Shown: one piece after another, positions 47,229-57,219 of the stretch
Position numbering within the stretch: the first letter of the stretch is position 1
Layout of the letters: every line of letters begins with the position of its first letter
Origin: an uncultured Candidatus Poseidoniales archaeon
GTDB lineage: Archaea > Thermoplasmatota > Poseidoniia > Poseidoniales > Poseidoniaceae
Reading direction: 5' to 3'
Assembly (NCBI GenBank): GCA_964014545.1
Contig: CAXGZX010000004.1
Span: 1-58,660 of the forward strand
Length of the DNA: 58,660 bases
The notes under the pieces: generated by a model
Seen by the model: the letters and a program-made list of their open reading frames with translations, nothing else
Told to the model about the DNA's origin: nothing
Database searches by the model: none
Position numbers and translations under genes: made by a program

Positions 47229-48344
47229 TTATTCTTCTTCCTTAGATAAATTTAACAAACGTGTTTGCTTGGTTTTTGGCGTATCTAACTGCCCTAGTCT
47301 AAAGCCAATCAATCTGATTTTGCGGTCCTGTTGAGCGTTATTAGCAAATAGCCGCTTTGCCAAACCAGTAAATACCTCATCATCATCCATGGCAACTGGT
47401 ATTGACCTACCATGTGTATGGGTTTCAAATCCAGTATATCTGATTTTTACTTCTGCTAGTCGACCAGAGACTCCGGCTTCCCTCGATGATTTCATCACTC
47501 TACGAACTAAGCTAAGTAATGATTCGAGAACTAATTGATGGTCTTCTTTATCAAAATCAAAGGTATGTTCCTTGCCTATTGATTTCCGACTCCTTAGTGG
47601 ACTAATTTCACTCGAGGTTTTCCCTTCATAAACCATCATAATCCAATTCGCAAATCTTTCACCTGTAATTCTGGCAAGAGCAATTTCTCCGTAACCATAC
47701 ATTTCATCCACACTAGTTATACCCCATTCAGTTAACTGAGTGGCTCTTTTCTTACCAATCCCGGGCACTTCTCTAATATTCCTCGATTCGAAGAATAGGC
47801 TTACTTCGTCTGGAAGAATTCGAAATATGCCCTTAGGTTTATTCACCTCACTAGACATTTTTGCTAGTATTCTATTGGGCGCAATACCAAACGAAGCAGA
47901 CAAACCAATCTCTTTGATTATCTCATCTTGTAAATCCCGACACAATGCCACTGCTACGTCCCAATCACCAGATACAAAATCAGTAACATCCAAATAGGCT
48001 TCATCGATACTTGCTTGTTCAAAATATTCTGCTGGTTTCTGTAATATTTGCATTACTTTACGAGAAGCTCGTGAGTATAGTCCGCGACTACCTCTAATGT
48101 AAATTCCATTGCCATACGGTGCTGCAGGACATCTGCGCCATGCTTCACTAATTGCCATTGCTGACCGAATACCAAATTTACGAGCCGCATAGTTACAGGT
48201 CGAAACTATGCCTCTTCCTCGACCGCCCTCAGGATCTGAACCAATTATTAGCGGAATAGATTCATCAAAACCATGATGTAAAGTTTCAACAGCCGCATAA
48301 AATGCATCAAGATCACAATGAACTATAATCCTCGGTTCATTCAT
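47229..48344 (-). CDS. dinB: Y-family DNA polymerase IV
   Basis: HCDLDAFYAAVE, STCNYAAR..GI.SAM, SIDEAYLD, PGIG, IRLIG. Confidence 0.95.
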   Translation of the reverse strand: MNEPRIIVHCDLDAFYAAVETLHHGFDESIPLIIGSDPEGGRGRGIVSTCNYAARKFGIRSAMAISEAWRRCPAAPYGNGIYIRGSRGLYSRASRKVMQILQKPAEYFEQASIDEAYLDVTDFVSGDWDVAVALCRDLQDEIIKEIGLSASFGIAPNRILAKMSSEVNKPKGIFRILPDEVSLFFESRNIREVPGIGKKRATQLTEWGITSVDEMYGYGEIALARITGERFANWIMMVYEGKTSSEISPLRSRKSIGKEHTFDFDKEDHQLVLESLLSLVRRVMKSSREAGVSGRLAEVKIRYTGFETHTHGRSIPVAMDDDEVFTGLAKRLFANNAQQDRKIRLIGFRLGQLDTPKTKQTRLLNLSKEEE

Positions 48345-48394
48345 GGTACCACACTATGTGTAAATCATGTCGCCATAGGTTATTGAAATTAAGG

Positions 48395-49381
48395 TTAGGA
48401 AAGATGCTTTTTGTTAACAATATAGTCACATTTCTTGCCTTTCAAAACAGCCATTATATTTTTGGAAATATCTGTGCCAACCCGTCGTTGGGCTTCTATT
48501 GTTGCTGCACCAATATGTGGTGTACCGTGAAAATTTGGGTGTTGACATAATTCATAATCTGCGGGAACTGGTTCAACCTCAAAGACATCTAATGCTGCTG
48601 TAGTCAATGATTCATCCTTAAGTGCCTTGAGAACATCTAATTCATTGACAATCCCTCCACGTGCACAATTTACAATATGATTGCCACATTTTACTCCATC
48701 TAGTGATTTACCGGGCATTTTGTTAATCATCTCATAATTAACTAAGTGGTGAGTTTCTTCAGTTAAGTTACAGTGAATCGAAATATGTGTACAATTAGAG
48801 AAGAGATCCTCTACTGATTTGTGCAACCTAGTATTCTGACTTTTAGCAACTTTTGGAGGCAAATACGGGTCAAATGCATGGACTGTCATCCCCATAACTT
48901 GAGCAATCGCTCCAACACCTTGAGCAATCCTACCAAACCCAACTAATCCAAGGGTCTTTCCAGCAAGTTCTGAGCCTTTCATGGCTTTCTTAGCCCATTT
49001 TCCGTCTCTAAGTGACCGGTCTGATTTAGGGACTTTGCGGACTGAAGACAAAAGGTGGCCAATGGTTAATTCAACCACGGACTGAGTAGAGGCTCTTGGT
49101 GCATTAACAACTGGTATGCCAGCCTTTCCAGCTGCAGCTAAGTCGATATTATCAACTCCTACACCAGCTCTGCCAATAACAGACAGGCTTGACTTTGAAG
49201 CAGCAATTACATCAGCAGTAATTTTAGTTGCACTTCTAACGATTACAGCATCAAAATTTGATAAAACACCGTCTAGTAATTCATCCATTGAATAAAACTT
49301 TACCACTACTTCATGACCACTTTTCTCAAGCAAAGATTTTGCCTCATCAGAAATACCGTCTGTAACCGCTATTCTGCCCAT
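48395..49381 (-). CDS. serA: D-3-phosphoglycerate dehydrogenase-like D-2-hydroxyacid dehydrogenase (short form, no ACT domain)
   Basis: VRSATK, GRAGVGVDNID, GFGRI, NCARGG, LDVF..EP, TPHIGA-x-T-x-EAQ; ATG 49381. Confidence 0.85.
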   Translation of the reverse strand: MGRIAVTDGISDEAKSLLEKSGHEVVVKFYSMDELLDGVLSNFDAVIVRSATKITADVIAASKSSLSVIGRAGVGVDNIDLAAAGKAGIPVVNAPRASTQSVVELTIGHLLSSVRKVPKSDRSLRDGKWAKKAMKGSELAGKTLGLVGFGRIAQGVGAIAQVMGMTVHAFDPYLPPKVAKSQNTRLHKSVEDLFSNCTHISIHCNLTEETHHLVNYEMINKMPGKSLDGVKCGNHIVNCARGGIVNELDVLKALKDESLTTAALDVFEVEPVPADYELCQHPNFHGTPHIGAATIEAQRRVGTDISKNIMAVLKGKKCDYIVNKKHLS

Positions 49382-49480
49382 GCTGTGGGGAAATCTCCAT
49401 GGTCGATAAACTTGACACAAATTAAATTGGTAGCCAAACCATTCAAACCGGATTAGCAATTAGACCAGTTTGAGCGGGAC

Positions 49481-50632
49481 ATGGCTGCGGAACTAGATGT
49501 ATCTGGACTGCTGTGGGCTACGGCAATCCTGTCCATACCAATAGTTATGGCACTGCCAATGCGATTAGCATGGAGTTTCTTTATTGGAATTGGTCATGAA
49601 GAATCTCAATATCGCAACTCAGTGAGACAAATTATCGATGCTGGCCGTCAAGTCTCTCCGTTTAGAACAACACTAAACGACTTAGCAAGAGGCCTTAAGA
49701 TAAAGCCATCAAAGCAGCGCCTAATTGAAGCAGATTTATTCCATCCCCTTACACTTTCACATTTCATTTTACTACCAACTTTGATTATATTTCCTCTCGC
49801 AGTGATTATGGCTTTGCCAATTATCGTTCTAGGATTACCAATACTGATTTTAATTGAATATTTGTTGATTAAGAAGAAATTACTTATCAATACCCTAAAA
49901 CAAATGGAGAAAGTACTCCACTGGCAAGTAATACACATCCCTAAACCACATAGAGGCTCAATAGAAGAAGCGGGTAAAGTTAACGAATTTTCTAACCACG
50001 TCATACATTTTAATTATGTACCACAAGGAGCCTTCTTGGGATTGTTTGCTTGGTTAATTGTTCATTGGATATTCAAGTTAGAATCTACCCCTAGTGAATT
50101 TATTATCGCTTCAGGACTTTACATCATAATGCTTGGAATTTTAGGTGTATTAAACACCGCATTTGAATCTGATTTGGTATTTGTCGACCCAGCAAAGGGC
50201 AGATTGGTGCCGGTAGACCAATGGCTTGAAAGTATTCTAAAACCAGTGGTAGGAATTGGTTTGCTATTTTTGATTGCCCGGAATTTACTAGATCAAGCAA
50301 GAGATGGAAATCCAGTAGTATTCGCTGCGACAATATTGCTATTACTCTACGGAGCGGCAATTGTTGGAATAGCCTACCGCTGGGGATATTCAGTTTGGCG
50401 TGGACAAAAGGTAAAAGATGAATTTGAAGAACAAATCGTCGCTAACCTTGAGCCATTATCTTACGATTTGACAAGAACCAGAGGACGCATTGAATTTATT
50501 GCGCAGATGTCGATGGATGAAAGGTTAGCAATAATTAGCGAAGCTCCAGCAAAGCAATTGACATTTGCTGATTTACAAGCATTACCGAAGAGTCAAAATG
50601 ATGGAATTATTCCAAAGAATCCAATAAAATAG
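49481..50632 (+). CDS. hypothetical polytopic membrane protein
   Basis: About six to seven hydrophobic segments; no recognisable family. Confidence 0.75.
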   Translation: MAAELDVSGLLWATAILSIPIVMALPMRLAWSFFIGIGHEESQYRNSVRQIIDAGRQVSPFRTTLNDLARGLKIKPSKQRLIEADLFHPLTLSHFILLPTLIIFPLAVIMALPIIVLGLPILILIEYLLIKKKLLINTLKQMEKVLHWQVIHIPKPHRGSIEEAGKVNEFSNHVIHFNYVPQGAFLGLFAWLIVHWIFKLESTPSEFIIASGLYIIMLGILGVLNTAFESDLVFVDPAKGRLVPVDQWLESILKPVVGIGLLFLIARNLLDQARDGNPVVFAATILLLLYGAAIVGIAYRWGYSVWRGQKVKDEFEEQIVANLEPLSYDLTRTRGRIEFIAQMSMDERLAIISEAPAKQLTFADLQALPKSQNDGIIPKNPIK

Positions 50633-50636
50633 AATA

Positions 50637-51344
50637 TTACATCCAAGGAATCTCATCAGGAATTTCTGCAAAGATATTGGCAGGAAGTGCTACTTTAATT
50701 TTAGAAACATAACCAAGTTGCTCTGTAGTAGACTTTTGCCAAACTGCATACTCAGCAAAATTATTCATTTTGAGTATTGGATTATTATCCCTATTCCAAT
50801 CCAGTGTTTGCATCTCTACGCTGGGTGCTTCATGACCAGTACAGACTAATAAGTCACCAGGCAAGCCCTTCATGACCTTCAATGAATCCCAATGCGCCTG
50901 TTCACGACCACTGGGTAAATCGTCTCGACCTACACCACCATCTCCGGTGAATAAAAAATCTCCAGTAAAGACATGCTTAGAAGTAACAACCAGCATTGAG
51001 TCTTCTGTATGACCTGGTACATGATGGAAAGTCATGGTATGATTACCAAGGCTCAAAACACTATTTGAGTTTACGAATTTAGTTACCCCAAGTGAAGGTG
51101 TAGAATGCCACATGACGTAAGGGCAGCCCACAGACTCTGCAATAGTAAAACAACCAGTAATGTGATCTGCATGAGTATGAGTTGCAATGCACATTGTTAG
51201 AGTTAAATCTAATTGTTCGATGGTGGCTAAATAGGAATTAGTAAAATCATAAACTGGATCTATTATTGCGGCTTCTTTTGACTCATCATCCCAAATCAAG
51301 TAGGTCTTGGCCCATCCCTCTGTGTTCAATTGTTGCATCTGCAT
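50637..51344 (-). CDS. MBL-fold metallo-hydrolase, persulfide dioxygenase (ETHE1)-like
   Basis: IIDPV, THTHADHITG, PGHT, FTGD, GR-x-DLP, GHE. Confidence 0.8.
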   Translation of the reverse strand: MQMQQLNTEGWAKTYLIWDDESKEAAIIDPVYDFTNSYLATIEQLDLTLTMCIATHTHADHITGCFTIAESVGCPYVMWHSTPSLGVTKFVNSNSVLSLGNHTMTFHHVPGHTEDSMLVVTSKHVFTGDFLFTGDGGVGRDDLPSGREQAHWDSLKVMKGLPGDLLVCTGHEAPSVEMQTLDWNRDNNPILKMNNFAEYAVWQKSTTEQLGYVSKIKVALPANIFAEIPDEIPWM

Positions 51345-51431
51345 AGTTAGGCCTAGAAGCATTTATTCTATAATTTCAATGTCTGGTATTTTATTGTCAA
51401 TGGTTAAACATAATGGCATATAGGGACAGAT

Positions 51432-52154
51432 ATGAGCCACCCTGATGTTGTCGTGTATCTAGAACACGACGGCAAAGTGTTGCTGGTTGACCAACAAGGT
51501 AATGGCCCGCAAAAACCTATCAAAGGCAGAGTTGACAACTCTAAAATCCTACGATTCCCAACCGCTGAAGAAGTGGGCAACCATGGTATTGAATATGATG
51601 CTAAACTAACCATTCGAATTGTTTTTGGCAACCAAGTAATCAAGGTAATCAAAGCCTATCCTAAAATATCTTGGCCTAAAGAATGGGCATGGAAAGATAG
51701 TGTGGTTTCTGATAATTCGGTTCATCCAGTAGTAAGAGAATCAATTTATCGAAGTGTTCATCGACTTGTATCTAAGGTAATAATCAGAAATGACTCAGGG
51801 CAGGTATTGTTGGCCAAGGTCAAGCGTGGTCATTTCACTGGCTTTTGGACTTTGCCAGGCGGCTATATGGATCATGATGAACACCCATCAATCGGCTGTG
51901 TGAGAGAAACTATGGAAGAATTAGGTATTAATATCCAATTAAATGATATCAAACCGGTAATAACTCAAAAAATATTCAATGATGAAGGTATTTCATTTGT
52001 ATCTTTTACCTACCAAGCCACATGGAATGGGGATATCAACGAACTTGCACTACAAACCGAGGAAATAGAAGAAGCATTATGGTTCAGTCCAGATGAAGCA
52101 TTAGAAAACGCGGTGTCTTTTTTTGACTCACAAGCATTGCAGGCTGCCCTTTAG
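51432..52154 (+). CDS. NUDIX hydrolase with N-terminal extension
   Basis: Nudix box GGYMDHDEHPSIGCVRETMEELG. Confidence 0.9.
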   Translation: MSHPDVVVYLEHDGKVLLVDQQGNGPQKPIKGRVDNSKILRFPTAEEVGNHGIEYDAKLTIRIVFGNQVIKVIKAYPKISWPKEWAWKDSVVSDNSVHPVVRESIYRSVHRLVSKVIIRNDSGQVLLAKVKRGHFTGFWTLPGGYMDHDEHPSIGCVRETMEELGINIQLNDIKPVITQKIFNDEGISFVSFTYQATWNGDINELALQTEEIEEALWFSPDEALENAVSFFDSQALQAAL

Positions 52155-55000
52155 AGGTCTAGCATAGACTTAGCAGCATCAAAGGAGTCTTGTAGCCCTT
52201 CAGGTTTAGAGCCACCACCTTGAGCAAAAGTTGGCCTTCCACCACCCCCACCAGAAATATGAGGAATAATCGCTTGAAGGATTTCTATTGCGTTATACTT
52301 CTCGCTAGCCACTGAATTTTCCGTAGTGGCAACCATTAATTTCCCACCACCTTCTTTAGAACCTAATATGGCTAGAGTTGGTTTAGAATCATCTAGTGTC
52401 AATTCTTTCAGCATCTTAGACATGTTTTTCAGCCCACCGTCTGATTCCATGATGACAATTCTCACTCCGTCTTTAGACACACTGGAATCATCTCCACCAC
52501 TAGTTCTTAGACGAACGATTTCAGCCTCTAATGCCTCTATACGTTTACGCTGTTCTTTCCATTCACCAAAGAAACGTTCCGCGGTTTTTGGAACATCTGC
52601 TACATTGACACCAAACACTTCACCTGTTTGACGCAGGATTCCATCCTGCTCTCTAGCATAATCAAGCGCTGCTTGACCTGCAACAATATGTAATCGCTCG
52701 ACACCGTCTTGTACTGCTGCTGAGCGAACTAATCGTATTGAACCAATTTGTCCAAGTTCATCATGGTGAGTGCCCCCACAGGCTTGAATATCGTGATCTG
52801 AAATTCTCAACACCCGAATCATGTTGCCTTTTGGTGCACCACCTTGGTACAAATCAAAACCATGCTTGCGGTCAGCATCTTTACGATTTAGAATAGTCTT
52901 TTCAGTTTTGTGAACTTGAACTATTACTTCATTAGCCATCTTTTCAATCGAGTCTAAATCTTGTCTTGTTAGACGATTATAGTGAGTGATATCTAATCTT
53001 GCTGATTCAACTGCCTTGTTAGCACCTGCTTGGTAAATATGTGGCCCTAAGATACGTCTTACTGCACCACCCACAATATGTACTGAGGTGTGATGGTCCA
53101 TCAGTTGCTTTCGTCGATTCCAATCTAAACTGCCGTGAACTACATCTCCATTACTAAGCGGACCATCTGTCAAATGTACGATATGATTGCCGATTTTAGC
53201 GACGTGTAAAACTCGACAGTGAACAGAATCAGTCGACAAGACACCCATGTCTGACTCTTGTCCACCACCTTCTGGATAGAAACAAGTGCGGTCTAAAATA
53301 ACCCCGTGAGTGATGTCTTTTGACAGTCCTTCTTGATTTATTTCGGTACAAAACAAAACACTTGCATCAAATTCAAATTGGTATACATCGTCATAATATA
53401 GCGGAGTTGTTGCAGGTAGATGCTCAATTCCTTCAATCAACGTTGATTCAGTATTTTCTTTAGCCGCATCTTTGGCCATTTTAGCATGTCGTTCCGCTAA
53501 TTCAGCAGTAAATCCGGTGCGAAGTGCTACTGATTTCCAACCAGAACGTACGGCCAATGAAATCGCCATTTCAGGAGCGATACCGTGTGAATCATTAAGC
53601 GAAAACAATAACTCATCAGGAATTGATTGTGTTGTTTTGTCAACACTATTTAGCATAGTTTTGATTACCTGCTCACCCTTACGCAACATCTCAACATATT
53701 TGGCTTCCTCGAGGTTGAGTATTGTAGCGATACCATCGTGAGTTTGTTTCATAGTTTTATTACCCAAATTAACCTCAACATGGTGGATAGCTAAGTCAGC
53801 TAGCGAAACATCGATACCAAGTTCATCACGCATTCTAAGCGTTCTTCGTGCCAACATTCTTGCTAGATATCCTGCTTTAGCATTGGAAGGTACAAGTCCG
53901 TCTCCTAGCATGTTACACAGTGCGTGAAGATGGTCTGGAATCGCATAAATCCTCGATAGTGGATCTGTTATTGCAGTAAATTGTTCACTAGAAATTTCGA
54001 TACCTCGTTGAGCGAGCCTTTGTAAAAATGTGGCTAGCAATTCATCGCCATCAACCCCCGCTTCGATATTCATAATCCCATTCAGCCGACTCATTTCGCC
54101 AAGAATACGGTCGAGGTCTAAATCAGGCCATTGCTTAGCAACTCCCTCAAAGCCCGCTAAATCCTTGAGCCATGCAACAGTCTGAGGATAAATTGCTTCG
54201 TAAATTGTTGGAGTACCTGCAGCAGCCCAACAAAATCTCTCTAGCCCATACCCAGTATCGATAATTTGTAGTGGCATTTCACTATATTTGTCGCCTTTTA
54301 TCTCAACATCGCCGTCTTCATCTTCATGAAGGTTCATGAACACCAAAGTTGCTAATTCAAGCCCACCAACAATCACTTCGACTGCAGGACCAGCATTACC
54401 GCCCCCACACCACGGGTTTTCCACGTAGGTAATTTCATTAGAATCTATACCAAATGTTTGGGTGAACATTTCATGACAATACCTGACACATTCTTCCATC
54501 CAGTAGTACATCCTACCCTCATCAGGTCGATTAAAAACGTGATGCGCCATCATCTCAAAAGTAGTCAAATGCCTTCCGCTTCGGCCAACAGCATCCACAT
54601 CTGTTAGACGAATGCAGGGCTGTGAAATAGTCAATGGATTTGCCGGTGGGTCTACTAAACCAGAGGTTACATGTGGTTGGAAATCAGCAATTGATGCGAT
54701 AGTCAAGTGAATGTCGTCTCGCCATCTGGCAAGAATTGGATATGGTTCTATTCGAGTATGCTCACGCTCTTCAAAAAATCCGAGAAATGCTTCTCTCATG
54801 GCATCTTTTAGTTCCTTTCCACGCATGTCAAAACCACTGATTAGTGGACTGCCAATGAAGGTATACTCATCTTCACTAGTATCACCGCAGGTATCACGAT
54901 CGTGATTTGAAGTCCAAAACCATAAGCCAGTTACCCGACATTGCTTTCGAATGTAGCCATTCTCATGAAAGACTGCTAAATCGATGGGAGCCATAACCAT
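52151..55000 (-). CDS. alaS: alanine--tRNA ligase (archaeal type, with editing and DHHA1 domains)
   Basis: RWRDD..LTIASIADFQP, GRHLTTFEMMAHH, DTGYGLER, FYPEGGGQ, HHTSVH, QACGGTH, GGGGGRP..AQGGG; GGTGA-N5-ATG at 55000. Confidence 0.97.
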   Translation of the reverse strand: MVMAPIDLAVFHENGYIRKQCRVTGLWFWTSNHDRDTCGDTSEDEYTFIGSPLISGFDMRGKELKDAMREAFLGFFEEREHTRIEPYPILARWRDDIHLTIASIADFQPHVTSGLVDPPANPLTISQPCIRLTDVDAVGRSGRHLTTFEMMAHHVFNRPDEGRMYYWMEECVRYCHEMFTQTFGIDSNEITYVENPWCGGGNAGPAVEVIVGGLELATLVFMNLHEDEDGDVEIKGDKYSEMPLQIIDTGYGLERFCWAAAGTPTIYEAIYPQTVAWLKDLAGFEGVAKQWPDLDLDRILGEMSRLNGIMNIEAGVDGDELLATFLQRLAQRGIEISSEQFTAITDPLSRIYAIPDHLHALCNMLGDGLVPSNAKAGYLARMLARRTLRMRDELGIDVSLADLAIHHVEVNLGNKTMKQTHDGIATILNLEEAKYVEMLRKGEQVIKTMLNSVDKTTQSIPDELLFSLNDSHGIAPEMAISLAVRSGWKSVALRTGFTAELAERHAKMAKDAAKENTESTLIEGIEHLPATTPLYYDDVYQFEFDASVLFCTEINQEGLSKDITHGVILDRTCFYPEGGGQESDMGVLSTDSVHCRVLHVAKIGNHIVHLTDGPLSNGDVVHGSLDWNRRKQLMDHHTSVHIVGGAVRRILGPHIYQAGANKAVESARLDITHYNRLTRQDLDSIEKMANEVIVQVHKTEKTILNRKDADRKHGFDLYQGGAPKGNMIRVLRISDHDIQACGGTHHDELGQIGSIRLVRSAAVQDGVERLHIVAGQAALDYAREQDGILRQTGEVFGVNVADVPKTAERFFGEWKEQRKRIEALEAEIVRLRTSGGDDSSVSKDGVRIVIMESDGGLKNMSKMLKELTLDDSKPTLAILGSKEGGGKLMVATTENSVASEKYNAIEILQAIIPHISGGGGGRPTFAQGGGSKPEGLQDSFDAAKSMLDL

Positions 55001-55091
55001 GGAAGTCACCTACTGGACAATCTTGCCAACATAAACAATGTATTGAACCCTACGGGTAATCTGCCAGTTTATCGACAATCCTCAAAGGTAA

Positions 55092-56585
55092 ATGCAGACA
55101 CCCGCACCCATGGGCGAGGATTGGCGCAAGCATCTTGAATCGCAAGATGACGGGACGGTCAGGATCAAAGCCCATGGAAAAATGAATGTCGATGCTCGAA
55201 TTGTTTCTGACCAGCAACATCTCAGCAATCATATTGATGACCGGGGACCTGAACAATTGGTTAACGCAGCTGAATTACCAGGAATAGTTGGTGAAGCTTG
55301 GGCAATGGCAGACTGGCATTTTGGCTACGGATTACCGATTGGCGGAGTAATTGCCACCGATGTCAATTATGGCGACAATGGTGGAGCAATTTCTCCAGGT
55401 GCTGTTGGATTTGATATAAACTGCGGAGTCAGAGTTTTAGCACTAGAGGCAACTATCGATGATATTCCAAACATCAAAAAACTCGGCGGCAGGATTGCCG
55501 GCAGAATCCCGGCCGGTGCTTCGGGTAAGGGTGGACTTGACATCAATATGTCAGAAATTAAACAACTTACTCAAGGTGGTGCTCAAGCAGCAGTTGAATT
55601 AGGTATTGGCTATGATGAGGACCTTGCGGTACTGGAATCAAATGGGCTCTTAGAAGTGGAGGATAACGACCTGTCTTCTAGAGCATTAGAGCGTGGACTT
55701 AGGGCGCTTGGAACTCTAGGTAGTGGCAATCATTTCATGGAATTACAATCGGTTGAGCAAGTTGCTGACCAAGAAACTGCCAAACAATGGGGCCTGTACG
55801 AAGGGCAATTATTAGCCATGATTCACTCTGGATCAAGAGGATTAGGCCATCAAGTATGCAGTGAGCATTCTAGAAAACTAGAGCAAAAATATCGCAAGAC
55901 TGCTGAGGGATGGCACTCAGAAGAATATGGGTTTACTTTGTCTGACCGACAACTAGCCTGTGCTCCTATGTTCTCAAAAGCTGGTCAAGATTATCTTAAC
56001 CAAATGAATGCTGCAGCAAATTTTGCTTTTGCTAATCGTAGTGCTTTAGCCCATCGACTAAGAGAGGTTTTGAAATTGGAAATGGGTATTGATGGTGAGG
56101 CTAGAACCTTGTATGATGTTGCCCATAATATCGCTAAAATCGAAACCCATAATTTGCACGGCAAAAACTGCCAGTGCGCAGTTCATCGCAAAGGTGCGAC
56201 TAGAGCATTTGCTGGCGATAGTGGACATATTGAAGCAAGTTTCCAACAAACTGGTCAACCAGTATTGGTTCCTGGTGACATGGGTACTGGGTCATGGATT
56301 ATGGCTGGGCCACAAACCGGTCAGAACCAAGCGTTTGGCTCATCTTGCCACGGGGCAGGCAGAGCATTGTCAAGAACTAAGGCCAAGAAAACTATTGATG
56401 GAAAAGCGCTAAAAAAGCGTCTTGAAGATGCGGGAATACGAATCCATGCATCAACACCGAACGTACTTTCAGAAGAAGCACCTGATGCTTACAAAGATGT
56501 TGATGAAGTAATCGATTTGACTAGCCGTGCAGGTCTAGCAAGACCTGTAGTTAGAATGCGCCCAAATATTGTAATAAAAGGCTAA
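55092..56585 (+). CDS. rtcB: RNA-splicing ligase RtcB
   Basis: M-x-D-x-H-x-GYG-x-PIGG, GFDINCG, GSGNHF, HSGSRG, HRKGATRAF, PGDMG, HGAGR, EEAP-x-AYK. Confidence 0.97.
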   Translation: MQTPAPMGEDWRKHLESQDDGTVRIKAHGKMNVDARIVSDQQHLSNHIDDRGPEQLVNAAELPGIVGEAWAMADWHFGYGLPIGGVIATDVNYGDNGGAISPGAVGFDINCGVRVLALEATIDDIPNIKKLGGRIAGRIPAGASGKGGLDINMSEIKQLTQGGAQAAVELGIGYDEDLAVLESNGLLEVEDNDLSSRALERGLRALGTLGSGNHFMELQSVEQVADQETAKQWGLYEGQLLAMIHSGSRGLGHQVCSEHSRKLEQKYRKTAEGWHSEEYGFTLSDRQLACAPMFSKAGQDYLNQMNAAANFAFANRSALAHRLREVLKLEMGIDGEARTLYDVAHNIAKIETHNLHGKNCQCAVHRKGATRAFAGDSGHIEASFQQTGQPVLVPGDMGTGSWIMAGPQTGQNQAFGSSCHGAGRALSRTKAKKTIDGKALKKRLEDAGIRIHASTPNVLSEEAPDAYKDVDEVIDLTSRAGLARPVVRMRPNIVIKG

Positions 56586-56586
56586 A

Positions 56587-56775
56587 TCACATACAGAATT
56601 TAGTGTGTGATTGACCAGGTATAGTTGGTGCAGCACCAGTGTGTACTCCATCTGGCTCTTCACAAATAACGCTGAGTAACGTGTTGACAAGCTCTTTTAG
56701 CTCGTCTACTTGTGATTGTAATTCTTTCATCCGACTTTTCATGTCTACTTTGTTTTCTAAACTGATTCCCATCAT
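56587..56775 (-). CDS. small coiled-coil protein
   Basis: 62-aa ORF convergent with rtcB (1-nt gap); heptad-like MKELQSQVDELKELVNTLL. Confidence 0.6.
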   Translation of the reverse strand: MMGISLENKVDMKSRMKELQSQVDELKELVNTLLSVICEEPDGVHTGAAPTIPGQSHTKFCM

Positions 56776-56890
56776 ATCCCATCCAAGGAAGTTGCCTTCC
56801 TTATCCTCTTTTCAATAAAATAGCCTATTAATCTTTGAGGCTATCAAGGAGGTGAAAATGCACTTTTCTCAACCTAAATATTTGACGAAC

Positions 56891-56900
56891 CGTTATATTC
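56891..56900 (+). promoter_or_regulatory. TATA box for tRNA-Thr
   Basis: CGTTATATTC; first T of TTATAT lies 31 nt upstream of the tRNA 5' end. Confidence 0.5.
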
Positions 56901-56923
56901 ATTGTGCATTTCGCTGCCTTTGC

Positions 56924-56998
56924 GCCACTGTGGCTTAGGGGTATAGCACCTCATTGGTAATGAGGAGGTCGCGAGTTCAAATCTCGCCAGTGGCTCCA
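56924..56998 (+). tRNA. tRNA-Thr(GGT), intronless, CCA encoded
   Basis: Acceptor GCCACTG/CAGTGGC, anticodon arm CCTCA-TTGGTAA-TGAGG, T loop GTTCAAATC. Confidence 0.97.
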
Positions 56999-57035
56999 TC
57001 TAATTATCAATCAGTTGATTCTATTCTAATTGTTT

Positions 57036-57121
57036 TGGCGCCGAGAGAGGGATTTGAACCCCCGAGGGAAGATCCCACGCGATTTCCAGTCGCGCGCACT
57101 ACCAGGCTATGCGATCTCGGC
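57036..57121 (-). tRNA. tRNA-Ser(GGA), long variable arm, intronless, CCA encoded
   Basis: Minus strand GCCGAGA/TCTCGGC acceptor, CGCGA-CTGGAAA-TCGCG anticodon arm, GGGATCTTCCC variable arm, GGTTCAAATCC. Confidence 0.97.
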
Positions 57122-57219
57122 TTATCTGCGCCGTGGCCTACTTCCCGTTTAACATTCTCGCCTAGAAATTTTAGTCGTAAAACCGAAAGAACTCATAGGT
57201 GAGTTGCTTAGGGGCTAGT

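Noticed and set aside
47229-48344. dinB as a marker of a mobile or mutagenesis cassette
   Set aside because: No imuA/imuB, umuD or mobile genes nearby; composition matches the flanks
54880-54945. Degenerate N-terminal zinc finger of AlaRS (CRVTG instead of CxxCG)
   Set aside because: Minor variation in an accessory motif; the rest of the enzyme is intact
57006-57019. ATCAA-TCAG-TTGAT hairpin between the convergent tRNAs as a terminator
   Set aside because: Only 5 AT-rich base pairs; too weak to call
56924-57121. tRNA introns or an integrated element at the tRNA pair
   Set aside because: Both anticodon loops are uninterrupted; no duplicated tRNA 3' end or integrase was seen
56954-57202. 82-aa ORF
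   Set aside because: It spans both tRNA genes; spurious
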